From the sequence record SRR20825019_867: 38,952 nt of DNA, one strand, 5' to 3'. Under the pieces are notes generated by a model. It was not told the origin of the DNA and did no database searches. It saw only the letters and a program-made list of their open reading frames with translations. A program made the translations under genes and the position numbers. Shown one piece after another: positions 20,235-29,664 of the stretch. Position 1 is the first letter of the stretch; the number at the start of each line of letters is the position of its first letter.

Positions 20235-23200
20235 ATGTTTATTGATGAAATGTCATATAACAAGGTAAAGGAGATATATAGTTTACATTTATCTGAAATA
20301 GGGGGCATTAAATTCACTAACAGAGAGATAGATGTTGTTGCATGTGTTTTACATAATAGAGGAGAAAAAAAGATAGCTTCTTTGCTTTCTATTTCGCCAA
20401 GGACTGTTGGTACCCATACACATAATATCATGCTCAAATTATCTTGCAGTTCTAAGGAAAATCTAATAGATTTTGTTGAAAGATCAGGTAAGTTATTATT
20501 TTTTAAGCAATATTATTTAAATTTGCTTGTAAATAGATATTACATAGCTGAACTATTAAAAATCTCTTCATATAATAAAGATGGAGTTGAAATAAATGTT
20601 GTATATGGAGATATTGATGAAAATTCAACTCAGTTACTTCAAAATATTAAAGAGGATTTACAAAAGGTTAATATTCTTTTTAGCTCTCAGAAAGAAGATA
20701 AAGATATAGGCAAGAATATAGTAGAGATTACTATTAAAGATAGTAATGATTTAATCTCATTAAGTCTTGATACTGATAAAAAGAATAAAAGTAAAAAATC
20801 TCAATTAATTGATTTTAGAGGAGGAAGGAATTTTTATGACAGTATATTTAGTTTAATAAACTTAATACTTAAAAACCCTGTAGTAGAAGATGGTAGAAAA
20901 GAGTTTCATAAAAATAGTCAGGCACTTGAAGAGCCATTAATAGAAACTGGTAAAAAAGTTGATACAGTAAGTAAAAAAAATAATAATTCAAATATTACTT
21001 TCTTTAAAAGAAGAAATACTTATTTGTTAGCTGCGCTAATACTAGTTTTTCTAGTTGTAACTAAACCTTTTATGAAGTTTCAAATTAATAATTCTGACTC
21101 TGTGAGAGCTCAGTTGTTAGTACCTCATTCTGGAATAATATTAGAAAGACCAAATATTATGAAGGTTCTTTATAAGACTTTATCTGGTAAGGATCCTATA
21201 AATACTGTAGCTATTGTTGGTATTGGAGGTTCAGGTAAAACTACGATAGCTAGGATGTATGCTAGAATGCAAAAAATACCTGTTATTTGGGAAATTAATT
21301 CTGAAAGTCATGAAACTATTATTTTTTCTTTTGGTCAGCTTGCATATTCTTTATCTGATGCTCAAGGTAAAAAAGAATTAGCTGTAATACAGAATTTAGA
21401 AAATAAAAAAGAAAGGGAAGATAGGTTATTATTATTTCTAACAAGAATACTTAAATCATATAAAGATTGGATAATACTTTACAATGATGTAGTTAGTTTT
21501 AAGGATATTAAGCGCTATTTACCACAAGATCCTCAAGTATGGGGAAGGGGTAAAGTAATAATTACTACAAGAGATAGTAATATAGATCATAATAATTATA
21601 TACCAGCTTCAAATATTATAAAATTAGGAGAATTAAATCAGGATGAAAAATTAAAGTTATTTAGTAATATTGTTGGTACTGACATAAAAAAGCCAGATAC
21701 TATAGTATCGCGTAAAAAATTCTTAACTAATTTACCTCCATATCCGTTAGATATTTCTTTGGCAGCTTATTATATAAGAGAAGAAAAAACATCCTATTCT
21801 GATTATTTGTTACATCTTAAAACTCAGGATGATGAATTTTCATCAATGCAGCAATCTATTCTTGGAGATGTTGGAGAGTATACTGATACAAGATGTAATA
21901 TAGTAAATTTATCAGCAAAACATATTATTAACTCAAGTAAGGATAATAAATCGTTATTATTAATGATTAGTGCATTAGATCCTAAAAATATCCCTAAGAA
22001 ATTTTTAAATGATTATAAGGGTGAAGTCGCTGTTAGTAAGTTTATGCATGATCTAAAGAAATTTTCAGTGATAGAAGAAAAATATGAGAATGATGAAGTA
22101 GGAACAATTATATCTATTCATAAAAGTATACAGGATCTTCTTATGGCTTATATGATCAGATTTTTCAAACTGAGTGATAATACTAAATTTTTAGATGGAA
22201 TATATAATGTAATAGAAACTCATCTTAAAACAGAATTATCTAAAAATGTGGACCCAAGAATTCCAATGATATTTTCTAATGCTAATACTTTACTAAAGCA
22301 TGAGAAATATATGAGCAAGACTGTAGTTTCTAAATTATCTTATAATCTGGCTAGTTATTATTTTGATATGACTAATTATCCAGATTCTATTATTATGTTT
22401 AATAAATCATTACAGATTACAGAAGATATATATGGAAAAGATAGTATAGAGGCTTCAAAAATTGCTGTAAGACTTGGTAAGGCTTATAGAAATTCAGGTA
22501 AATATTTTGCTGCTCAGACGCTTCTTACTAAAGCATATGAATTTTATAAGGGTTATTATGGGGAAGATCATCTTGAAACTAATTTGACTGCATTTAATTT
22601 AGGAACAGTTTATAGAAATGTTGGTGAGTTTGATAAATCTATAACTATTTTGAAAAAAGCTTTATCAGTTTTTGAAAATAAATTAGGAAAAAATCATATT
22701 AAAACTGCTACTGCATCTATGCATATAGGTAATGCTTACGCTAATATAGGTAATTATATGCAAGCAAAAAAATATTTAATGTATGATGCTGAGATTTATA
22801 TATCAAATTATGGTAAGGATAATGTGAAAACAGCTTGGGCTCTTACAAGACTTAGTTGTATATATAGATATTTAGGAGATAATCTTAGAGCTAAAGAGTT
22901 AATTCATCAAGCTAAGGAAATTTATGAAAAATTAGCTGGTAAAACTTCTACAGAAACAGCTTGGACTATGGTTAAGCTTGGAAGTGTATATAATGAACTT
23001 GGCGAATATAAAAGGGCTAAATCATTAATTGAGGATGCTTTAAAAATATACAGAAAATATTTACCTGATGATCATGTGATTTTAGCATGGAGTAAGTTAA
23101 AATTAGCATTTACATTGCAAAATTTAAGGGATTATAAAAATTCTATTTCTTTAATAGAAGATAGTGTAAGAATTTATCAAAGTTATTACGGCCCTAATCA

Positions 23201-23468
23201 TATTTATACAGCTAAAGCTTTAAGGGATCTTGGATTAACATATTATGCAAAGGGTAGTTTAGATAAATCTGCATATTTTCTTGAGAAAATAGTACCTATG
23301 TTATCAAAAGTAAGACATCATAGCTATTATAAATGTTTAAGGTCTTTATCAGATATTTATATGAGAAAAGCTCAGCTAGCTAATACTCAAGATGAAAGAA
23401 TGAAACTTCAAAAAGAAGCTTCTGAATATTTAAAAAGTTCAGCTCAGCTAATAAATAAAGATTTATGA
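20235..23468 (+). CDS. LuxR-type HTH / transmembrane / NB-ARC (STAND) / TPR protein
   Basis: FTNREIDV..KKIASLLSISPRTVGTHTHNIMLKL (LuxR HTH); KRR then YLLAALILVFLVV; Walker A GIGGSGKT; WIILYNDV; IITTRD; PPYPL; ~42-aa YGxDHxxTA TPR repeats. Confidence 0.88.
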   Translation: MFIDEMSYNKVKEIYSLHLSEIGGIKFTNREIDVVACVLHNRGEKKIASLLSISPRTVGTHTHNIMLKLSCSSKENLIDFVERSGKLLFFKQYYLNLLVNRYYIAELLKISSYNKDGVEINVVYGDIDENSTQLLQNIKEDLQKVNILFSSQKEDKDIGKNIVEITIKDSNDLISLSLDTDKKNKSKKSQLIDFRGGRNFYDSIFSLINLILKNPVVEDGRKEFHKNSQALEEPLIETGKKVDTVSKKNNNSNITFFKRRNTYLLAALILVFLVVTKPFMKFQINNSDSVRAQLLVPHSGIILERPNIMKVLYKTLSGKDPINTVAIVGIGGSGKTTIARMYARMQKIPVIWEINSESHETIIFSFGQLAYSLSDAQGKKELAVIQNLENKKEREDRLLLFLTRILKSYKDWIILYNDVVSFKDIKRYLPQDPQVWGRGKVIITTRDSNIDHNNYIPASNIIKLGELNQDEKLKLFSNIVGTDIKKPDTIVSRKKFLTNLPPYPLDISLAAYYIREEKTSYSDYLLHLKTQDDEFSSMQQSILGDVGEYTDTRCNIVNLSAKHIINSSKDNKSLLLMISALDPKNIPKKFLNDYKGEVAVSKFMHDLKKFSVIEEKYENDEVGTIISIHKSIQDLLMAYMIRFFKLSDNTKFLDGIYNVIETHLKTELSKNVDPRIPMIFSNANTLLKHEKYMSKTVVSKLSYNLASYYFDMTNYPDSIIMFNKSLQITEDIYGKDSIEASKIAVRLGKAYRNSGKYFAAQTLLTKAYEFYKGYYGEDHLETNLTAFNLGTVYRNVGEFDKSITILKKALSVFENKLGKNHIKTATASMHIGNAYANIGNYMQAKKYLMYDAEIYISNYGKDNVKTAWALTRLSCIYRYLGDNLRAKELIHQAKEIYEKLAGKTSTETAWTMVKLGSVYNELGEYKRAKSLIEDALKIYRKYLPDDHVILAWSKLKLAFTLQNLRDYKNSISLIEDSVRIYQSYYGPNHIYTAKALRDLGLTYYAKGSLDKSAYFLEKIVPMLSKVRHHSYYKCLRSLSDIYMRKAQLANTQDERMKLQKEASEYLKSSAQLINKDL

Positions 23469-23528
23469 TGAATTATTTATATTGATTTAATTATAGTTTA
23501 ATTTGTTTATTTCATTTGAGTATTTTTA

Positions 23529-25226
23529 TTACTCTAGGTAATTCATTTTTAGTTTTACAGCCCTAACTTTCGGATGAGACATTTTAACTATACATTCAAG
23601 GTTAGATAAGCTTGCAAGGTCTGATGGTAGAATTACGGGTTTTTTCTTATCTTGCTTTGTAAAGTTAATACCATCTCTTGATTCATGATATCCATACATA
23701 AAATTTTCAGAATGTTGAGAATAGTCTATATGACCAAATATATCAGATAGGTATGATGAGAATTTTTGATCTTCTGTTCTAAAGATAAATTTAGTATTAA
23801 ATTGATCAAGCATAGCCATAGCTTGGTTATATCCGTATATATTATATAGTTGGCTTGGTGACTGTACTCCTGCAAGTACACATCCTCCATATTTTCTAAA
23901 TTCAGCAAGAACTATTGGAAGGGATGGTATTTTTTTTAAGGCTGGAAGTTCATCTATTATTAGCCAAATTCTTCTATCTTTTGATGGGCCAAGCTGCATA
24001 ATATTTGCCATTATTAAATCAAGTAATAAGCTATAAAAATTTTTTAATTTTGATCTTTGAATAGGTGATGCTGTTAGAAATAGCCATTTATCATTTTCTT
24101 TATCTATATTTTGGCACCATTGATTAATTGATATTTTATCTTTAAGCTGTTCATATTCATGCCTTGTACATATATTTAGCCAATCTATAAATGATATAGT
24201 ATTAGTTCTAATAGATAGTGCTGTTTTTTCATTTTGTGGATCTAATAAACTTGCTGAAGGGGTATTTTTAAGTTTAGAGTGAATTATATTTATATTTTCT
24301 GTCATTAATATATTTTTAAGTTCTCTTAATGTTTTGGCTGGTTTTTTATTAATATGTGAGACTGCATCTTCAAAGAATATTGAGGATGCTCTATTCCACA
24401 TTGGATCATATTGATTATTAGAATCAAAAAGAGAATTTGCAATAAAGCTAATTGATTCCTGATCTGATGCGTCATTCCAAAAATCCCATTGATAAGAATC
24501 TTTTAGATAAGGATTTATTAATATATCGTGATTTTCTTTGAAATATTTATTCTTAATTTCTCCTGTAAAATCTACAATTACAGCAGTATGTTTTTTATCT
24601 CTTATTTGTTTTATAAAATGTTGAATGCAATTACTTTTACCAGAACCTGTTGTACCTGTAATAAGAGTATGAGAAGTTTCAAAATTTTTTACCATAGGAA
24701 GTTTAGCAATAGTAAAACTAGAAATTTCATTTGATTTTATTAGTAAATTTGTTGCAATTTTTTGAGACATTATATCTGTACCTTTAGATACTGAAGGCTT
24801 TGATTTATTTTTTCCGTATCTTGAGCAAATTCCTACTGAAAATATAAATGATATAAAAGAAATATATAAAGAATATTTTATATTAAATATTTGTATATAT
24901 AGCCATTTATTGAAATTATTCTTAAGTTTTTGTTTGTTACGTAATCCATAATTTTTATATGAATTTTTATAATTACTATAATTATTTAATTTAGTTTTAT
25001 TATTTAAATTATGTAAATTTATATTAAGCCAGTGATATATATTTAACTTTATATATTGTTTTACTAATTTAGTATCTGGTAATTTATTTTTATATGTAAA
25101 GAATATTAGGGAATATGATATGATAAATATTAATATACTAGAATAAAGAGCTGTTTTAAGGGATTGCCTTAGCATTCTCATTTGGTGTATTAATAATTGA
25201 CTGCCTCTTGTATAATCTTTAATCAT
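23529..25226 (-). CDS. traD: F-type conjugative coupling protein TraD (type IV coupling ATPase)
   Basis: N-terminal TRGSQL..HQMRM, two TMs, GTTGSGKS, WLIIDELPAL, RKYGGC..GVQSPSQL, SRDG. Confidence 0.88.
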   Translation of the reverse strand: MIKDYTRGSQLLIHQMRMLRQSLKTALYSSILIFIISYSLIFFTYKNKLPDTKLVKQYIKLNIYHWLNINLHNLNNKTKLNNYSNYKNSYKNYGLRNKQKLKNNFNKWLYIQIFNIKYSLYISFISFIFSVGICSRYGKNKSKPSVSKGTDIMSQKIATNLLIKSNEISSFTIAKLPMVKNFETSHTLITGTTGSGKSNCIQHFIKQIRDKKHTAVIVDFTGEIKNKYFKENHDILINPYLKDSYQWDFWNDASDQESISFIANSLFDSNNQYDPMWNRASSIFFEDAVSHINKKPAKTLRELKNILMTENINIIHSKLKNTPSASLLDPQNEKTALSIRTNTISFIDWLNICTRHEYEQLKDKISINQWCQNIDKENDKWLFLTASPIQRSKLKNFYSLLLDLIMANIMQLGPSKDRRIWLIIDELPALKKIPSLPIVLAEFRKYGGCVLAGVQSPSQLYNIYGYNQAMAMLDQFNTKFIFRTEDQKFSSYLSDIFGHIDYSQHSENFMYGYHESRDGINFTKQDKKKPVILPSDLASLSNLECIVKMSHPKVRAVKLKMNYLE

Positions 25227-25384
25227 TAATAAAATTTAAAATGAAATTGTAAGTATAATAAGTCTAGTAAAATTAAAAATATTAAAACTATAATAGTAGC
25301 TATAGCAAAAGCCTTTATATATAGGAAATTTAATATATTATAAAAAGATAGAAAAAAATTATTTAAATTTTTTTTAATTTGCAT
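25226..25384 (-). CDS. Small (52 aa) hydrophobic protein, not in the ORF track
   Basis: MQIKKNLNNFFLSFYNILNFLYIKAFAIATIIVLIFLILLDLLYLQFHFKFY*; its TAA overlaps the traD ATG (TAATG). Confidence 0.55.
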   Translation of the reverse strand: MQIKKNLNNFFLSFYNILNFLYIKAFAIATIIVLIFLILLDLLYLQFHFKFY

Positions 25385-25627
25385 AACTTGCAATTTTATT
25401 TTTTAAAAATTTATTTTTATTAATACAAATAACATTGTAATTTTAGGTAATTAGCTCTATATTTTATATATATTTTAAAAAAACTTATATAAAGTAAAGA
25501 TAGTAGTAAATTATAATATATACAAATTATTTTACTATATACAAATAATATTAAATATTTAGATAATTATTTTGTAATATAAGTAATTTATTATTTAGCA
25601 GATCCTACAATTTTTACTAAAATTTGG

Positions 25628-25655
25628 TTGCTTTTTCCAAAGATTTTTGTATAGT
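25628..25655 (+). promoter_or_regulatory. Putative sigma70 promoter for the XRE gene
   Basis: TTGCTT-16 nt-TATAGT, with the ATG 7 nt downstream. Confidence 0.45.
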
Positions 25656-25661
25656 GCCCGC

Positions 25662-26078
25662 ATGGAAAAAGTAGCTGAAAAAATTAAAATGCATCTAGCT
25701 TTACAGAATAAAAATGTAAGGCAAATTGCAGCTGAAGCAGGAATATCTAGACATCAAATAGATAATATTCTTTATGGTAGATCATACAGGTATAATGTAC
25801 TTGCAAAAGTTGCTGATGTTCTTAAAGTGCCAGTTGATAGTCTAATTGAAAGAGAGGATAGTACAGATAAGGGTACTAAAGTTGATATATCAACTTTAGA
25901 AGGTCAAGCTCAAGATTTTATTAAAAGTATAAGTCAATCATACAGGTTAGAAATTCCTGAATATAAAGAAACTCAGATAGTAGCAACTCTTTTATCAAAT
26001 TGCTATTTAGTAGATAACAAACAGGACCTTTATTCAATGATTAAAGGTATATTATGTTTTGTTTCTAGTAATCAGTAA
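25662..26078 (+). CDS. XRE/Cro-CI family HTH transcriptional regulator (ATG at 25662 preferred)
   Basis: NVRQIAAEAGISRHQIDNILYG..LAKVADVLKVPVDSLI plus an unknown C-terminal domain. Confidence 0.85.
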   Translation: MEKVAEKIKMHLALQNKNVRQIAAEAGISRHQIDNILYGRSYRYNVLAKVADVLKVPVDSLIEREDSTDKGTKVDISTLEGQAQDFIKSISQSYRLEIPEYKETQIVATLLSNCYLVDNKQDLYSMIKGILCFVSSNQ

Positions 26079-26100
26079 TAAATCATTACTATATTTTAAA

Positions 26101-26982
26101 TTATATATTAAATCTTTCCCTAGATATTAAGCTATATTTAAAGTCACTATTGCCTTCTTTTAGTACTGAGATATTTTTGTAATTACCAAAATATTGATCA
26201 TGTAAATATACCATTATCTCATCTTTTTGAATACTGGATATTAAATCAGTAAATCCTTGATACTCAATCATATCTACTTGAGCTTCTTTACTGCTACTTA
26301 GAGAAACTAATAAGCATTGTTCATTTTTATTTTTATGAACCATTAGATAACTACCTTCCTTGTCCATGAGGTAATATTCTATTACATCATTATTTTTTAT
26401 ATAATTATTAACTATATTTTTATATATTGGATTAGTAAGAGCTGTATCTTCTTGTTTTAGTTGTAAAAGGGAATTTTTAACTATCGAATATTTTTTATCT
26501 AAAAAATAAATCATTCCAGTTTTTACTGATTTTAATATTTCATTATTCAAATCAGAAGTTTTAATAAAATACGAATCAAAATATATAGAGCTATATAATG
26601 AGCAAGATTTTGTTAAAGAACCTACTGAAATAATATAATGGTTTTTACTTAGTTCATTGAGTATATTTTGGTTATCAGAATCTATAGATTTTAAGTCTAA
26701 AATAATAACTGAAATTTCTTGATGTCGCTCTTTTAACTTACGAATATTGATTAATTCTGATATTTTGATTTTAACAGATATATCTATTGGATCATCAGAA
26801 TCTATTTCAATCATATTTTTGATATCTAGAGTTTTTTCTTTGCAGTTTTGCAATAACAAATTTATATCTTTATAAATTTCAACATACTCAAGATTATCTT
26901 TAAATATCTCATTGATATTTTTTATAAACGCATTGTCCTTACTAAAAATAGCTACCGTACTATTGTAATTATATAACAACAT
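26101..26982 (-). CDS. Degenerate LqsR-like response regulator
   Basis: YNSTVAIF, RHQEISVIILD and VIEYYLMDKEGSYLMV resemble Legionella LqsR-family blocks as recalled; not searched. Confidence 0.6.
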   Translation of the reverse strand: MLLYNYNSTVAIFSKDNAFIKNINEIFKDNLEYVEIYKDINLLLQNCKEKTLDIKNMIEIDSDDPIDISVKIKISELINIRKLKERHQEISVIILDLKSIDSDNQNILNELSKNHYIISVGSLTKSCSLYSSIYFDSYFIKTSDLNNEILKSVKTGMIYFLDKKYSIVKNSLLQLKQEDTALTNPIYKNIVNNYIKNNDVIEYYLMDKEGSYLMVHKNKNEQCLLVSLSSSKEAQVDMIEYQGFTDLISSIQKDEIMVYLHDQYFGNYKNISVLKEGNSDFKYSLISRERFNI

Positions 26983-27403
26983 TTGAACCTCCTATAATTC
27001 ATGTGCTACTATTATTAAACTAAATAAATTAATTAATCAACACTTAATTTAATTTTTTTCAGTATTTAGTTAATTTAAAATTTTCAAATTTCTAAAAGAA
27101 AAACCTCTTAAAAAGCATTGTATAAAATAAAAAATGCATAGTTTAAGAACATGAGATGATATAAAAAGTAATATTATTTACAACAAATTTTTGTAAATTT
27201 CTATAAAAAAATTTGTAAATAATATATATTTTGGTGCAAAAATGTCATAGTTTTCAATTCTGTATAATCATATTAACTTCAATATATTTAAATTAATTAA
27301 AAATTTATTTATAAATTATAAGAAATAGAAGGTGATGGAATTATATGTTATAGAATAACTCTAATATTAGATATCTAAAGAGATAGCTAAATTTAGATAT
27401 TTA

Positions 27404-29092
27404 TTAGTTATGAGTATCAATTTCTTTTTTGGAAAAAATTTGAGATATATCAATATCACCTAAATCTGAATTATGAAATTCAGTATTATCTATAGTAGCT
27501 CCTTTAAAATTAGAGTTGTTAAAATTTACATTAGTAAAAACAGAATCTATAATATTTGCTTTAGAAAGATCTGTATTAGTCATATTAGAGCTATTAAATA
27601 ATGAAGATTTAATATTAGTATCTTTTAAAATAGTTGAGTCAAAATTTACATTATTAAAATTTTTATTATCAATATTTAATCCAGTTAAGTTAAAGTTAGA
27701 TAAGTCTTTCCGTGAAAAGAATGAATTTAAATCATAATAGTTGGATAAATTTGAAATTACCTTAATGCCAGTATTACCTATTAAAATAGACTTTTTAATA
27801 TTTCTAATTTTATTTGTAGTTGGTGAAATATGATTAGAAATTAATTGTGAGTTTTTAAAAACTATATTATTAAAATCAATATTTAAAAATAAATTTTTTC
27901 TTAGTGCTGTTTTATATAGGTCTACTAGAGAGATGATAGAGGCTTTTATTTTATTTTGAGAGAATAAGCTTGCAGTAAATTTTGATGTTGAGATTTCAGT
28001 ATTAATGAAATATGAGTTTAATATTTCACTATTTAAAAAATTGTTATTAATTATTTTGCTATTATTAAAGTAAGAATTAGTAACAAGAGAATTATTAAAA
28101 TAACTATTTCTAAAAGCTGAATTAGTTAGATATATTTGAGCTAGACTTGTATTTTTAAAGGATGATCTATCAATAAAACTATTTTTTATTTCAAGTTTAT
28201 TTAAATATGCATTATCAAAATTACAATTACTACATATAAAGTCATTAAGTAAAGTTAAGCTTAAGCTAGCATTTTGGAAAATAACAGAATTTAATATAGA
28301 TCTTTGAAAATCTGCTGTTTCAATAACAGTTGATGAAAAGTTAGCTCTTGATAAATCTGATTCTGTAAAACTAGTTTGTTGGATTATAGCTTTATTAAAG
28401 TCAGCGCCTGATAAGTTACAATCTTTAAGAATTGCTTGTGATAAATCTGAAGATTCTAAATATGCAGAATGCATATTACTTCCTGATAGGTTTGAGCCTG
28501 TAAGATCTGCGCATAAGAAATTTGTATATGACATATATGCATATTTTGCTTGTATATAACTTAAGTTAGATCTATGAAAGCTAGAATTTCTAATTTCAGC
28601 TCCATTAAGTTTTGATTTACATAAATTTGAATGATTAAAATTAAGATTTACCGCTTGAATATTATCTAGGATATTTTCTGGCATTTCATTATGTGTAAAT
28701 AATGCATAATTCATTTTAGATTTACTAAAATCACAATTTTGAATTAATGAATATGTTATTGAAGCTTCTTTAAGATCTACATCTTCTAAGTTACAATTTT
28801 TTAATATTAGGTTTTTAGCAGATATTGATTTTAAATTGGCTCCTTTAAGATTTACGTCAACAAATTCTGCATTATCTAGAATAACTCCTTCAAGATCGAC
28901 AGACTCTAAATTTAAATTATTTAATTTAATACCAGATAGATTTGTACTAAAATGGCTTTTTATATCTACCTTTTTATTAGATTTTAATTGTTCTTGTATG
29001 GAATATGTTAGTATTTCTGAAAAATGTAAATCTGGATCTTGAGAGCAAGAGCTTGTTAATAAAATAATTATTAAAGCTGATACTAATTGCAT
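27404..29092 (-). CDS. Pentapeptide-repeat protein, probable lipoprotein
   Basis: Long A/S-D/N-L/F-x-x arrays; hydrophobic leader ending LTSSC. Confidence 0.88.
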   Translation of the reverse strand: MQLVSALIIILLTSSCSQDPDLHFSEILTYSIQEQLKSNKKVDIKSHFSTNLSGIKLNNLNLESVDLEGVILDNAEFVDVNLKGANLKSISAKNLILKNCNLEDVDLKEASITYSLIQNCDFSKSKMNYALFTHNEMPENILDNIQAVNLNFNHSNLCKSKLNGAEIRNSSFHRSNLSYIQAKYAYMSYTNFLCADLTGSNLSGSNMHSAYLESSDLSQAILKDCNLSGADFNKAIIQQTSFTESDLSRANFSSTVIETADFQRSILNSVIFQNASLSLTLLNDFICSNCNFDNAYLNKLEIKNSFIDRSSFKNTSLAQIYLTNSAFRNSYFNNSLVTNSYFNNSKIINNNFLNSEILNSYFINTEISTSKFTASLFSQNKIKASIISLVDLYKTALRKNLFLNIDFNNIVFKNSQLISNHISPTTNKIRNIKKSILIGNTGIKVISNLSNYYDLNSFFSRKDLSNFNLTGLNIDNKNFNNVNFDSTILKDTNIKSSLFNSSNMTNTDLSKANIIDSVFTNVNFNNSNFKGATIDNTEFHNSDLGDIDISQIFSKKEIDTHN

Positions 29093-29616
29093 AAGTTATT
29101 TTTTTTAATCTTCCCTCCGAGTATTAATCCTAGGGTTAAGGCTTTAAAAAATTCAACAGGAAGAAATATCAAAAACCCTGTATAAAAAGCATTACTATAA
29201 CCAACAAAGAATGTAAGTCTTAAAAAACCTAACGAAAGCATAATAAGATGGGAAAGAAAAAATACTATAATTAGATTTTTTGTGTTATTTGGAAATATAT
29301 TAATTAGCTTTGGTATAATAAAAGTACTAACAAGCATTCCAAATAAATAGCCTCCGGTTGGGCCAAGAAGATGTAAAGAGCTTTTACCAAAATTTGCAAA
29401 CACTCCAAATCCAAATATTCCAATTGTGAGGTAGCTAAGTACTGAAATAAAGCTTTCTCTTGTTGAATAATAGTAGCATATGAGGCTGACTGTCATTGTT
29501 TGTAAAGTAGCAGGTACTGGATATAGAGGCACGTACAGGTAAGAGCTAAGTATTAGACCAATATTTGCAAATAAAACTTTTAAAACAACCTTATTTAGTG
29601 TAGTAGATACATTCAT
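29083..29616 (-). CDS. bioY: Biotin transporter BioY
   Basis: PVPATLQT, GPTGGYLFG, all-hydrophobic 177 aa. Confidence 0.9.
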   Translation of the reverse strand: MNVSTTLNKVVLKVLFANIGLILSSYLYVPLYPVPATLQTMTVSLICYYYSTRESFISVLSYLTIGIFGFGVFANFGKSSLHLLGPTGGYLFGMLVSTFIIPKLINIFPNNTKNLIIVFFLSHLIMLSLGFLRLTFFVGYSNAFYTGFLIFLPVEFFKALTLGLILGGKIKKNNLCN

Positions 29617-29664
29617 GCTTTTTTAAATTATAATTAACATCTTAGTTAAAATTGTAAGCTAGTA

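Noticed and set aside
23534-23543. CTAGGTAATT half-site matching the NLR palindrome
   Set aside because: Lies in the last codons of traD between convergent genes and has no second half-site.
27176-27220. ATTTACAA-N7-TTGTAAAT inverted repeat with a further TTTGTAAAT copy, upstream of the LqsR-like gene
   Set aside because: Very AT-rich and no second locus was found; chance cannot be excluded.
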